A stretch of 64,000 nt of DNA. Source: Spirochaetia bacterium. GTDB lineage: Bacteria; Spirochaetota; Spirochaetia; UBA9216. This document shows, piece by piece, positions 42,328 through 53,400 of the stretch. The notes under the pieces were generated by a model. The model did not search any database. It was not told where the DNA came from and saw only the letters and a program-made list of their open reading frames with translations. Each line of letters opens with the position of its first letter. Within the stretch, counting starts at the first letter, position 1. The stretch lies in assembly GCA_963677925.2 (NCBI GenBank), contig CAXXYH010000004.1:544001-608000 (forward strand). Direction: 5' to 3'. A program made the position numbers and the translations under genes.

Positions 42328-42495
42328 TAACTGTACCTCCATCATGTATATGATCAATGATAGAATCAATTGGATTTATGCGCAATCATAGGAATATCAT
42401 TTTTGTGATGATATATATATTTCTTTCAAAGTTTTTATAATCGGGTGTAAGATAATATATCAATTAAATATATTCGTATTTCAAAAGGAGTCTAT

Positions 42496-42906
42496 GTGTT
42501 TAATACAAGCTATCTGCTGGTTTTGATGTCGGCGTTCTGTCTTGGTGTTGCAAATATCTTTTATAAAAAAAGTACTGATCTTATAGGCGGTATTAACACG
42601 GCATTTTTTTATTACATGTTCGGTTTTTTACTTGTATCAATTGTTTGGATTATCTTCAGAGAAGAGAGACAGATTAATTTTAAGGCTCTTTTAAATCCCT
42701 TAATTATTGCCGTTTTTCTTACTACCAGTGTTGTTACTTTTATGCTTGGAATTACAAACACAAGAATTGCGATTTCATCAACAATTCGATCTCTTTCATT
42801 TCTGTTTACAATACTGATAGCTGTCCTGTTTTTAAGGGAGAAAATATCAGTTAAACAGATTTTTGGTATCTGTTCAGCGGTACTGGCAATTTTCCTTCTT
42901 GCCTGA
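42496..42906 (+). CDS. EamA/DMT-family small membrane protein
   Basis: 5 TM segments; AVLFLREKIS..QIFG. Confidence 0.8.
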   Translation: MFNTSYLLVLMSAFCLGVANIFYKKSTDLIGGINTAFFYYMFGFLLVSIVWIIFREERQINFKALLNPLIIAVFLTTSVVTFMLGITNTRIAISSTIRSLSFLFTILIAVLFLREKISVKQIFGICSAVLAIFLLA

Positions 42907-42962
42907 TTTGTCAGGAAATATATTTTTGGTGTGAAAAAATACTTTTTTTAATCATAGTCTAT

Positions 42963-43130
42963 CTATTCTTCTTCGCTTTGATCTTCTGAATATTCTTCAG
43001 TTATTGATTCATCATCATCGTTGTCTTTGGATAATTTTTTTTCCAGACGTTTTTTTAGTTTTTCCTCTTTTTTCTTTTTCTTTTTTAATTCCTGCTGTCT
43101 TTTTTCGTATGAATAGAAATTTTTAGCCAA
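42963..43130 (-). CDS. Small charged protein (MAKNFYSYEKRQ type, often found next to RRM genes)
   Basis: TTG start at 43130 after AAGGAG; Lys-rich then acidic; 55 aa. Confidence 0.6.
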   Translation of the reverse strand: MAKNFYSYEKRQQELKKKKKKEEKLKKRLEKKLSKDNDDDESITEEYSEDQSEEE

Positions 43131-43151
43131 TCTTTTCTCCTTTTGACAGTT

Positions 43152-43177
43152 AAAAAAAGCCGCTGTTAAGCGGCTTT
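43152..43177 (-). terminator. Intrinsic terminator after the RRM gene
   Basis: AAAGCCGC-TTAACA-GCGGCTTTTTTT on the minus strand. Confidence 0.8.
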
Positions 43178-43190
43178 GCAATCTGAGATA

Positions 43191-43469
43191 TTAACGGAAA
43201 TTATTGTAACCGGTTCTTTCTCTTCTATCCTGAGCTTCATTAACCTTAAGGTCTCTGCCCAGAAGTTCGGCACCGTTTAGTGCAGAAATTGCTGCAGTTC
43301 CTGCTTCTTCATCATTCATTTCTACAAAACCAAAACCCTTGGAACGGTTTGTGTATCTGTCAATGATGATTTTAACATCTGCAACTTCGCCGTACTGAGC
43401 GAATAAATCCCTTAAATCGTTTTCCTGTGCGTTGAAACTGATGTTTCCTACATAAATTTTCTTTGACAT
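43191..43469 (-). CDS. RRM RNA-binding protein
   Basis: KIYVGNI (RNP2), SKGFGFVEM (RNP1), GRDLKVNEA. Confidence 0.96.
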   Translation of the reverse strand: MSKKIYVGNISFNAQENDLRDLFAQYGEVADVKIIIDRYTNRSKGFGFVEMNDEEAGTAAISALNGAELLGRDLKVNEAQDRRERTGYNNFR

Positions 43470-43743
43470 AAATGCTCCTTGCCCGAATCTTATCGGTAAT
43501 AATATTTAACCAGTAAGTGAGATAATCTTTGGTTAGTTTTGATGATAAGTACCAGATTATTAAAGGGCAGGACAGAAAAGGATCTATATGCTTCTTTTAT
43601 AAAAGATAGAAACAATTAAACTATTGTTAAAGAATATAACTACTATTTGGTAATTATCAGTTTATAATGCTGTCTGATAAAGATCAAGCTTAGAGGCTTC
43701 TTTGGATGTATAATTATTTAAATATTGATGATAGAATTAGAGC

Positions 43744-45003
43744 TTGAAAAACACAATTAACCAAAACTGGCATCGTCTTGATAATACCGGAAAGATGTAT
43801 CCTTTAATTCGTTCCGACTGGCAGACTACTCTTTACAGGCTGACTGCTGTTTTGAAATCAAATATAGATGTTCAGCGACTGAAGGATTCAATACCGAGAG
43901 TTTATGAGGTCTATCCGGAATTCAATGTCGTGCTCAAGCCGGGTCTGTTCTGGTTCTATTTTGAAAAAACAAATGAAAGACATACGGCAAAACCTGATGA
44001 TCACTATCCGTGTACATCTTTTGAGAAAGATTTTTCAATTTTACCAATTCATGTGTATTATTCCGAAAATCTGCTGTCGGTAGAATTCTGTCATGCTCTA
44101 ACTGACGGCTATGGTGCAACTGAATTCTTTAAAACGCTTCTGTCAGAATACTTTTCAGGGTCAGGTTACAGTACTGTGGAAAATACAAAAACTGTGATCG
44201 ATGAAAAAAATAATAGATGGGAGGATTCATATTTAAAACATTATGATCCCTCAATACCCGGAATGAAGCGCCGTTCAAAGGCTTTTCATTTTCCGTATAA
44301 TATAGTTTCCCCCGGGGTTTATTATTCAACAACAGGAACCATTCCGTTAAATGATATTCTAAAAAAAGCCAAATCATACGGCTGTACAATAACGGAGTGG
44401 CTGACATCTTTCTATATTCTGACAATATCAGAAATGATACAGGATTTTCACTGGAAACCTGCTCCTGTGGTAATTAATGTCCCGGTCAATCTCAGAGTCT
44501 TATATAATTCAAAAACATTGAGAAACTTCTTTGTAACGATAATGCCTCAGATAGACTGCCGGTTCGGGTATTTTACTCTTGAAGAAATAATTTCTCATGT
44601 TAAAAATTATATGAGCCTGGAAGTTGATCGGCGCTACATAAACCAGCAATTCAAACGTAATATAGATGTAGAGTCCAATATGGCGATAAGGCTGATTCCT
44701 CTTCCGTTAAAAAGATTAATTTTTTCTGTTCTTTACTATTATTTAGGTGAAAGACAATACAGCGGAGGATTGTCAAATCTGGGGGCTTTTAAATTGCCGG
44801 AGGCGATTCGTCATGAAGTTGAGGAAGTCAGGCTTCTGACGCCGCCCAGTCAGGGAACTTTGATAAAAGCGGGATGTATTTCATATAATGATCGTTTTTG
44901 CATCACATTCGGATCTCTTGTGAATGAACGGGAATTCGAAAGACGTTTTTTTTCGGGTTTGAGAAAGCAGGGTCTTCCTGTTAAGATCAGCGTAAATTAT
45001 TAA
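43744..45003 (+). CDS. Alcohol acetyltransferase/condensation-like acyltransferase
   Basis: LDNTGK, GLFWFYFE, HALTDG (HxxxDG), PVNLR, TLRNF, SNLG. Confidence 0.82.
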   Translation: MKNTINQNWHRLDNTGKMYPLIRSDWQTTLYRLTAVLKSNIDVQRLKDSIPRVYEVYPEFNVVLKPGLFWFYFEKTNERHTAKPDDHYPCTSFEKDFSILPIHVYYSENLLSVEFCHALTDGYGATEFFKTLLSEYFSGSGYSTVENTKTVIDEKNNRWEDSYLKHYDPSIPGMKRRSKAFHFPYNIVSPGVYYSTTGTIPLNDILKKAKSYGCTITEWLTSFYILTISEMIQDFHWKPAPVVINVPVNLRVLYNSKTLRNFFVTIMPQIDCRFGYFTLEEIISHVKNYMSLEVDRRYINQQFKRNIDVESNMAIRLIPLPLKRLIFSVLYYYLGERQYSGGLSNLGAFKLPEAIRHEVEEVRLLTPPSQGTLIKAGCISYNDRFCITFGSLVNEREFERRFFSGLRKQGLPVKISVNY

Positions 45004-45013
45004 GGAGAACATT

Positions 45014-45748
45014 ATGCCATACTGCCCGAAGTGCGGCGTTGAGCTTGATTCACAAATTAAAAATTGTCCGCTATGCAGTTTTCCCATACCCGATACAGGA
45101 TCGCCCGATTCTGAGTCGGGTTCCAGATATTCATTTCTGCTGAACCGTCATAATTTGAAGAAAGCTGAACAGAAAAAGAAGTGGATGGAGGCTAAACCCT
45201 TTGTCTTTATATCATTATTATTAACACTTATAGTACTTTCAGCTGTTTTCGGGATACTTGATATACACTTCTTTAAGGGCTTTACATGGTCCCGTTATGT
45301 AATAGCTATTAATGCTGCTGTTGTTTTGATAATGTTCTTCCTCATGCGGCTTATTCCTTCTATTAGTTTTAATTTTATCGGGATAGGCATGACAGTTATG
45401 ATTTTCCTTTATCTGATTGATAGCTTTTCTGATAATGTCAACTGGTTCTGGACACTTGGTCTAATAATCTGTTTCAATACAATGTTCTGGACCCTTATTT
45501 TAAGAAAAGCCATTCTGCATAGTAAGAGAAAAGGTTTAAACATCGTATCATATATTTTGTTTTCAATATCAATAGCCTGTTTTTCAATTGATCTATTTTA
45601 TAATTTTGCAGTATCTACCCTGATAAAATTATCGTGGTCTATCCCTGTAATAAGTGTAGCTGTCCCTTTAGCAATATTATTTATTCTTTTACATCTTCTT
45701 CTTTCCCCTGTAGTGAAAGAAAAATTAAAAAGGAAATTTCATATCTGA
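45014..45748 (+). CDS. Zn-ribbon membrane protein (DUF6320-like)
   Basis: YCPKCGV..CPLC, about 5 TM segments, C-terminal LKRKFHI; typical partner of the preceding acyltransferase. Confidence 0.75.
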   Translation: MPYCPKCGVELDSQIKNCPLCSFPIPDTGSPDSESGSRYSFLLNRHNLKKAEQKKKWMEAKPFVFISLLLTLIVLSAVFGILDIHFFKGFTWSRYVIAINAAVVLIMFFLMRLIPSISFNFIGIGMTVMIFLYLIDSFSDNVNWFWTLGLIICFNTMFWTLILRKAILHSKRKGLNIVSYILFSISIACFSIDLFYNFAVSTLIKLSWSIPVISVAVPLAILFILLHLLLSPVVKEKLKRKFHI

Positions 45749-46197
45749 TGCAGAAAAGGAAGAATTTTATACAAGCAGTCATCATGGTTTTATCAATGAC
45801 GGTTTGTATAGTTTTTCCGGTATCTGCACAGAATAGAGACTTGCCCGGCGATATCCCGGACGGCATACTGATCCCCGGGCCGGAACCCTTTTCTCTGGAT
45901 GTCCGCAGCGCCATTTACTGCATCAGCCTCTTAAAAAATAACCGCTATATAGAAAAGAAAAGCGAGTCGGAGAAATACAGAATTATAAAAGTCGATACTG
46001 TATGGTCGTGGTTTCTTGATTATGATGAGAGCTTTCCCGAGGGCTACAGGAAACGATATGACATTATAGTAAACGGAACTCCGCTCGACTGGGACCACAG
46101 TTTCATTGAGTACGGCGGAGAAATGATTAATATGCGCCTGCTCTTTCTGTACCGCAATCAGTATCCCCCTGATGTGCTGGAGAAGTTCAGGGACTGA
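45748..46197 (+). CDS. Secreted hypothetical protein
   Basis: ATG overlaps the previous TGA; signal peptide ending VSAQ. Confidence 0.6.
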   Translation: MQKRKNFIQAVIMVLSMTVCIVFPVSAQNRDLPGDIPDGILIPGPEPFSLDVRSAIYCISLLKNNRYIEKKSESEKYRIIKVDTVWSWFLDYDESFPEGYRKRYDIIVNGTPLDWDHSFIEYGGEMINMRLLFLYRNQYPPDVLEKFRD

Positions 46198-46240
46198 GAG
46201 TTCACTTATTCCAGATACATCAGTTTTTGATATTTTGTCT

Positions 46241-46855
46241 TCATTTGTATACCCGTGGATAGTCTGCGTTAGTCTTATCTTCAAAAACCTTCCGAATCAC
46301 AGCGGCTATCTTTGCCGAGCCCTGTCCCGACGGTTCAATCGGTGAAACAGATGAGTAGTCTTCCGCTTCGGTACAAACCGCTCGCAGGTCGATGATTGAA
46401 ATCCCGGCGCTGACAGCTTCCCTGATGATGCCATCGTTGAATACCGCTAGGGCGGCCAACTGCCAGGGTTCCATAGCCGGGCTTTTATCATAGATAGAAC
46501 AGACGGTTACCGGCAGACCGGTTGCGAGGGCCTTCTTTAGTAGTTTGCTGTAAACAGTTCTGAAGCCCTGCTGTATGACGGCAATGGTTTCAAGCTGGTT
46601 CGGCACATTTAAAAGCGGCTTCACCCTCAGGCCTTCATTTCCGCCTGAACTGATGAAAATATGCGAAGTCTCTGCCGACAGTTTGTCAATCTGGTCAGTT
46701 ATCAGTGCAGTTACGCTTCCGCCAACGGCATATAACACCGGTACCGCGGCTGTTTTCAGTTCTCTTTTGAGGCAGTCCGTAACGGCCTGTCCCGGTTCAG
46801 TATAATTTTTATTATCGAATATGGAATCACCAAGCAGTGCAATTTCTGGAGTCAT
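46241..46855 (-). CDS. SGNH/GDSL hydrolase
   Basis: LLGDSIFDN, SSGGN, PIEPS (non-canonical block V). Confidence 0.82.
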   Translation of the reverse strand: MTPEIALLGDSIFDNKNYTEPGQAVTDCLKRELKTAAVPVLYAVGGSVTALITDQIDKLSAETSHIFISSGGNEGLRVKPLLNVPNQLETIAVIQQGFRTVYSKLLKKALATGLPVTVCSIYDKSPAMEPWQLAALAVFNDGIIREAVSAGISIIDLRAVCTEAEDYSSVSPIEPSGQGSAKIAAVIRKVFEDKTNADYPRVYK

Positions 46856-46898
46856 ATTAATGAATTATATCCTGAATAAAAGGATCTTACAGTATATT

Positions 46899-47771
46899 TT
46901 ATTCTGAAGCATTTCTTACTTCAGGATGAATCAGGCAATACAGTCCGGAGGTTTTAAACAGAAACGTTTCAAGACTCGATACGCAGTCATGGGCTTCCTT
47001 CAGTTTAATATCATCACGAAAATACCCGTGAAAGGTAATCTCGATGTGTCTGCCGTATTTATGATACTTGAAATTATGCAGTCCCTGTATCTGAGGTGTC
47101 TGCTCCGCTGCCGCGGTTGTTATCAGGTTTTTAATTTCTCCGGGAATTGTTTCTCCGATGATGCTTTTAACCGTATCTTTAATAATTTCAAATGCGGCGT
47201 AAATTATCATTGCTGCAACAATTAACCCGAGGATACTGTCGATACCGGGAAGCCTTGGATTAAGCCAGATTCCTATCAGTATAACCACAGAAGAGATTGC
47301 GTCGCTTCTGTGATGCCAGCCGTCTGCAATAAGAGAACGCGAGCTTTCTTTTTTACCTGTTCTGATTGAAAGCCGGGCCAATGATTCCTTAACTGCAACA
47401 GTTACTGCCATAATGATTATTGAAGACAGGGAATAGTGTACTTTCGGTGTATTTGCGGCCAGGTTTTGTATTGATTCAATTAAAAATGTGAAGCCTATGT
47501 ATCCCAGCATTATTCCTACGATAATGCTCGTAATTTCTTCAAAGCGTCCGAATCCATATGGATGATTTTCACTTTTTGGTTTATTTGAAATCCATAGGCC
47601 TGCCATTACTATGATGGAACTGATGGAATCGGACAGCGTATGCCAGGCATCCGCTTTGATTGCGAGCGACTGGTTCTGGATACCAATAATGTACTTTACT
47701 GAAAAAAGAAGCAGGTTTGCTATAATTGAAATGGTAACTACAGCCGAGCCTTTAAAAAGAATTTTTTTCAT
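46899..47771 (-). CDS. Cation diffusion facilitator metal exporter (FieF/CzcD-like)
   Basis: ADAWHTLSD, HPYGFGR.E, ADGWHHRSD. Confidence 0.93.
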   Translation of the reverse strand: MKKILFKGSAVVTISIIANLLLFSVKYIIGIQNQSLAIKADAWHTLSDSISSIIVMAGLWISNKPKSENHPYGFGRFEEITSIIVGIMLGYIGFTFLIESIQNLAANTPKVHYSLSSIIIMAVTVAVKESLARLSIRTGKKESSRSLIADGWHHRSDAISSVVILIGIWLNPRLPGIDSILGLIVAAMIIYAAFEIIKDTVKSIIGETIPGEIKNLITTAAAEQTPQIQGLHNFKYHKYGRHIEITFHGYFRDDIKLKEAHDCVSSLETFLFKTSGLYCLIHPEVRNASE

Positions 47772-47806
47772 GAATACCCCCTCTCTGAGTCAGGGAATGT
47801 TCCATG

Positions 47807-47852
47807 AAAATAAAAAAACCTGTAGAACACCCCTGATAATGGGTCCCACAGG
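47807..47852 (-). terminator. Riboswitch expression-platform terminator
   Basis: CCUGUGGGAC...GUUCUACAGG followed by U7; the 5' arm overlaps the aptamer 3' end. Confidence 0.8.
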
Positions 47853-47909
47853 TTTTCCTGCTGCATCTATATGCCCGACTGCGCCGTTTAAGGCCGCCTG
47901 ATCCTTACT
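47836..47909 (-). ncRNA. czcD (NiCo) metal-sensing riboswitch
   Basis: Minus strand GAUCAGGC-GGCCuuaaacGGC-GCAGUCGGGC-auauagau-GCAGCAGGaaaaCCUGUGGGAC follows the NiCo pattern GAnCAGGC...GCAGyCGGGC...GCArCAG...CUGUGGGAC; directly upstream of a CDF exporter. Confidence 0.85.
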
Positions 47910-47944
47910 CTCAAACTAATATTTCTAAAATACTAATATATAAT

Positions 47945-48133
47945 CTATGATCTGTCTATTACAAAAGTAAAATCTTCTTTTTCCATTTCATCAATAGGAT
48001 TATGTATCCTTTCATTTTTTTGTGAGTTGTTTCTGACAAGTGTTGAAATTATTATTAAGGTGAGAATCAGTCCGGTTAATATCAATAGCCAGTAATGATT
48101 AAAAAATCCGTCAAAAAGGTATGAATGTCGCAT
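47945..48133 (-). CDS. Small single-TM hypothetical protein
   Basis: AGGAG SD; one hydrophobic helix; 62 aa. Confidence 0.55.
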   Translation of the reverse strand: MRHSYLFDGFFNHYWLLILTGLILTLIIISTLVRNNSQKNERIHNPIDEMEKEDFTFVIDRS

Positions 48134-48346
48134 ATTATAAAACTCCTTTGCTTTTATTTAGCAAATATAGCATAAATATTATATAGAATATTTGTTTGTT
48201 TTGTGAAGAGTTTAAAAGGCTGATCTTTTCCGCAGGATTACCGATAATTAAAAAATAAGTAATTTTCTTACAGGGTATTGCAAATTTGAATTGAGTTCAT
48301 AAAATTTATTTATAAGCTAAAAAGTAAAGTTCTGGAGGACTATTTC

Positions 48347-50299
48347 GTGAAATTAAAAACTACCTTATTAACAGGCTTCCTTGGTATGGCAGCTCTTACA
48401 TTTCTTATTGGTTTAATAGCTTTTCTCATCAGCAACAGTACTATTGGGAGCTATGAGAATGTTGTTTCTCTCGGAGAAGTAGAAACCAGCCTTCTAGATG
48501 CAGTTAATGCCCATAATGAATGGAAATCAAGCCTGGAGGAATCTTTTCTTTTTAATTCTGATGAAATTAATGTTCAGTTTGACGGACATAAATGCGGATT
48601 CGGAACCTGGTTTTATCAGGGCGGACTGGACTCTCTGAAGCAGCTTTCACCTGATTCTGCAGAGGTCATAATGAAGGCCGAGCAGGATCATTTAGCTCTG
48701 CATTCATCGGCAATCAGGATTGATGAGCTCTGGGCCAGTATTCATCCTGGTCTTGGTGAAGAGTTATATAAAAGGCTCAGCGATCATAATCTTTGGGCGG
48801 CAAATCTGATTGAAGATATAATGAAAGATCAGGTTTCCGATGTACAGGTTGATCCGACATTATGCGGATTTGGTCAGTTTCTATCGAGCAGCTGGAATAA
48901 GGAGCTTGAAGATTCCTGGCCTGAATATAAAAAGATAATGGTTCCGATAATTTCTGCTCACGAAAAACTTCATCATGCAGTTCCGGCAATAAATGATGCT
49001 GTCGAATTTAATGATAAATACTATTTATTTGAAACTGAAGTCCTTCCAAATCTTGAATCAATAAGGGTTGCTTTTCAGGAAATTATTGAAATGGAAAATA
49101 CCCTGATAGAGAATCAGGAGGCTGCAAATGATATTTTCAATACTGAAACTGCAGGTTATCTGAATGCAGTAAAATCCGGAATAAAAGATACGGTTGCACA
49201 ATTGAATCTTGAAAGAGAAGGCCTTGTTAAGGATGCTGAACAGTTGAATTTTATGCAGAGTATAATTATCTGGGCAGGAATAGGCCTGGGAATTCTGATT
49301 GGTATTTTTGTTGCAGTGATGATTACAAGATCTGTACTTAGACGGCTTGGCGGAGAGCCGGATGAAATTTCATTGATTGCTGAGAGCATTGCAGAAGGAA
49401 ATCTTGATATAGAATATGACGATCGAGAGCTGCGGGGTGTCTATGCTTCCATGAAGACTATGTCGCTGAAACTCTCTCAAATAGTCAGTTCTGTATTAAG
49501 CGGTAGTGAACAGGTGGCCTCTGCAAGTGAACAGCTGGCATCCGGAAATCAGGATCTTTCCAACAGAACAGAACGGCAGGCTGCTTCTTTGGAAGAAACA
49601 TCCTCTGCTATTGAACAGATGAATGCCTCAATTAAATCCAATGCCGATAATACTCAGACGGCTGACAGCCTTTCAAGAGAGGCTGCCGGAAAGTCTGAAT
49701 ACGGAGCCGAAACCATTCATGAAATGGTGAATTCGATGAATGAAATAAGTATCTCCAGCAATAAAATTGCTGATATTATAGAAGTTATTACAAACATTGC
49801 ATTCCAGACAAATCTGCTTGCATTGAATGCCTCCATTGAATCAGCGCGGGCCGGTGAACATGGAAAAGGCTTTGCTGTTGTTGCTGTTGAAGTTAGAAAG
49901 CTTGCCAAGCGTTCGGACCGGGCTGCAAAAGAAATAACTGATATTATTAAATCAAGTAACGAAAGGGTATCTGAAGGTGTTGAAATTGCCAATAAGGCAG
50001 GTGTTGTTCTTCAGGATATTAATGATGCGGTTAGAAAGGTTACCGCACTAGTTGCAGAAATCTCTGCGGCGTCCCAGGAGCAGATATCAAGTTCCGATGA
50101 AATTAACCAGGCTCTTATTTCTCTTGATGAAAACACCCAGAAAAATGCAGCGTTAATTGAAGAATCTGCTTCTGCTACCGAAGAGCTCTCCGCTCAGGCT
50201 CAGGAGCTGAATACAATAATGCAGTTCTTCACTTCTAAAAGAGCGTTGACTTATGAATCAAATGAGACGCTCCAACTGGAGAGTCCCGAATTTGATTAG
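48347..50299 (+). CDS. Methyl-accepting chemotaxis protein with two CZB zinc-binding domains
   Basis: TM1, then H..W...CGFG.W...H..LH and H..W...CGFG.F...H..LH, then TM2, HAMP-like segment and signalling hairpin [30 protein letters not shown]. Confidence 0.92.
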   Translation: MKLKTTLLTGFLGMAALTFLIGLIAFLISNSTIGSYENVVSLGEVETSLLDAVNAHNEWKSSLEESFLFNSDEINVQFDGHKCGFGTWFYQGGLDSLKQLSPDSAEVIMKAEQDHLALHSSAIRIDELWASIHPGLGEELYKRLSDHNLWAANLIEDIMKDQVSDVQVDPTLCGFGQFLSSSWNKELEDSWPEYKKIMVPIISAHEKLHHAVPAINDAVEFNDKYYLFETEVLPNLESIRVAFQEIIEMENTLIENQEAANDIFNTETAGYLNAVKSGIKDTVAQLNLEREGLVKDAEQLNFMQSIIIWAGIGLGILIGIFVAVMITRSVLRRLGGEPDEISLIAESIAEGNLDIEYDDRELRGVYASMKTMSLKLSQIVSSVLSGSEQVASASEQLASGNQDLSNRTERQAASLEETSSAIEQMNASIKSNADNTQTADSLSREAAGKSEYGAETIHEMVNSMNEISISSNKIADIIEVITNIAFQTNLLALNASIESARAGEHGKGFAVVAVEVRKLAKRSDRAAKEITDIIKSSNERVSEGVEIANKAGVVLQDINDAVRKVTALVAEISAASQEQISSSDEINQALISLDENTQKNAALIEESASATEELSAQAQELNTIMQFFTSKRALTYESNETLQLESPEFD

Positions 50300-50445
50300 A
50301 AGCTCTGTTTCATGGATCTGCAGAGATATCATTTTTATACAATGGGTATCAGCAATATCCTTGATTATGTATCTAGTGGGGAAAAAGTTATAATATATTT
50401 ATCACCTGAACAATAAAAAATAACCTATTGAGAGGTGAAAATATA

Positions 50446-53400
50446 ATGTCCTACAAATTTACTGAAAAACTTAAACTCAGATGCGGAGCGGAGCTTAAAA
50501 ACCGGATTTTTATGGCACCTATGACTACCTTGTGCGGTAACTCAAATGGTACTGCACCGCATGAACTTGTTAGATACTATGGTCTACGTGCAGGCGGCCC
50601 CGGTGCTATAGTAGTTGAATGTGTGCATGTAAATGCTACCGGCCGTGTTTTCCCAGGCGGTATAGGTCTTGATAATGACGGTGAGATCGAAGGACTCGCA
50701 AAGATTTCCGAGGCTATTAAAGAAAAGGATACAAAGGCCATTCTTCAGGTTTTTCACGGCGGCAGAATGACTAATCCTTCCCTTATTAATGGAGCACAGC
50801 CGGTCTGCCCAAGTGCAATAGCAGCTCCCCGGGCAGGCGCGGTTGTTCCGAGAGAACTTACAGCATCAGAAATTGATAATCTTATTATTGAATTTGCAGA
50901 AACATGTAAAAGAGCTGTACGTGCAGGTTTTGACGGTGTAGAGATACATGGTGGAAATACCTATCTTATTCAGCAGTTCTTTTCACCTCATTCAAACCGA
51001 AGAACCGATAAGTGGGGTGGTGATGTTAAATCAAGAGCTCAGTTTCCGCTTGCTGTACTTAAGGCTATTAAAACTACGGTTCCTGCCGAAGGTTTTATTA
51101 TAGGATACCGATTCAGTCCTGAAGAACTTGAAGTTCCGGGCATCAGGTACAATGATACGCTTTTTCTTTTAGAGCAGCTTGCAGCCGAGGGAATTGATTA
51201 CCTGCACTTTTCAACCAAGACCCTTCATCAGACTTCAATTGTAAACAGGGATGATCAGGAGACTCTTCTTGAAAAACTTATTGGCAGTGCCTCCAATACT
51301 TTAAAATCAGTTCCGCTTGTCGGTGTCGGTGGGGTAATGAAGGGGGAGCAGGCAGATAAGGGAATCGAAGCTGGATTCTCGGCTATTGCTATAGGACGTG
51401 AACTCATTGTTGAGCCTGAATGGGTCCAGAAGACTGTTTCAGGTGAACCGGCATCAACCTATGTAAGGCATGATCAATGCCGAAAGCTGGCTATACCTGA
51501 GTCTCTCTGGAACTTTGTTGAAAGTGACATGTCGGCAGAATACAAGCGCGTTAATGCTGATAAGCTTGCAGCAAGAGTATTCCAGCCCGGTACCTATCGT
51601 GAGAGCTTTGATGATCTGCATGGCATAATTACTCTTAAGGTAAAGGTAAACGAGAAAGGGATTGAAGATATTGAGGTTATCGGCGGTTCAGAAATTGAAG
51701 GAGCCGAAGAGGATGTATTTGATGTTCTTCCCAGGCGCATGATTGAGCTGAATTCTACTTCAATTGATATTATTACCGGGGCTTCAATGTCATGCAAGGG
51801 TATTATCGCATGTGTTGACAGGGCTCTGGCAAAGGCTTGCGGAGAGGAGGACCCTTTTGCGGTTCAGTATAATGGTGAAGTTATTCCTACTCCAACATGG
51901 CTCGGTGATGAACCTGTAATTATTGATGAGCAGATTGAGAAATATATTGAGACTGATGTTATCGTTGTCGGTGCAGGTGTCGCCGGTGTAAGTGCTACAC
52001 GTTCAGCAGCTGAAGAGGGAGCTGAGGTTGTTGTGTTCGAAAAAGCTGACGGACCTCAGACCAGAAGCGGCGAATATGCGGTTATTAATGGCCGTCTTCA
52101 GAAGATGTGGGGCCGTGATGGTCTTGATACTGATGAAATTGCCGATGACATGATGAAGGAATGTTCATACAGAATAAAAAGACCTATTATCAAGAGATGG
52201 GCTGATGAATGTGCAGAAGTTTTTGACTGGTGGATTGCTGCAAAACCGGATCTTTATATATGTAAAACCAATAGAGAAGATGTTCCGGATGAATACAAAG
52301 ACTCATTCCTTGTTCCGCTTTATCATCCGCTTCCAGAGCATTATAATTACCGTGAAGAAGTTTTTCCGACTATTCCGACATCAGTTGAATTCCTTCCAAC
52401 CCAGCATCCTGTTGTATTCGCTAATATGGATAAAGCTGTCAGTGAAAATAAGGTGACTCCCTTCTACGGGCATTTTGTCGTTAAGCTGATTACTGATGAA
52501 CACAAAAAAGTGATTGGTGTATACGCCCGTAATGCTGAAACAGGACAGTATGTTAAAGCCGTTGCCAGAAAGGGTGTTATTCTTGCATCGGGTGACTATG
52601 CCAGCAATACCGAGATGGTTCGCTATTACTGTCCGCATATAATCGAAAACGGAGTTCCGTCAATCTGGATGAACAGGGATGTTGAGGGTATGCCGACCAA
52701 TACCGGTGATGGACTGAAATTCGGAGCCTGGATTGGTGCGCGAATACAGCAGAACCATGCTCCTATTACACATAATATGGGCGGCCCCGGAGGTACCGGC
52801 GGAGCCATGGGAAATACCCCCTTCCTCTTCCTGAATGACAGGGGTGAACGTTTCATGAATGAAAGTGTTCCCGGACAGCAGCTTGAAAACCAGATAGAAA
52901 TGCAGCCCAATCAGGCGGCTTTTCAGATTTTTGATGACAACTGGCCTGAAGCAATTCCGTTCATGCCTACAAACCACGGTACAGTCTGCTACTATGATGA
53001 TGGAATAAAGCCGAAGAACAATGAAGAAGACAGAAGTTACCGCAGCCGTAAAGAGATTGACGAAGCTGTAGAAACATATCAGTTGGTTAAAAAGGATACT
53101 CTTGAAGAACTGTTCGAAGAGCTGGGAGTAGAGGTAAAAACCGGTCTTGCTTCAGTTAAAAGGTATAATGAACTCTGTGCAAAGGGTAAGGATGAAGATT
53201 TTGGTAAGCCTGCAAAGAGGTTGTTTCCAGTCGACAAAGCTCCTTTTTACGGTGTCAAGATGGGTGTTACTGCAATGCTCTGCTGTCTGGGCGGGCTTGA
53301 AAGTGATGAAAACTGTCATACATTTGATCAGAGTACACGTGAAATTATTAAAGGCCTTTATGTTGCCGGAAATATTCAGGGAAATAGGTTTGCTGTTGAA

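Noticed and set aside
48211-48247. Sigma28 promoter for the MCP (TAAA...ACCGATAA)
   Set aside because: The -10-like ACCGATAA is present, but the nearest TAAA is about 23 nt away instead of about 15.
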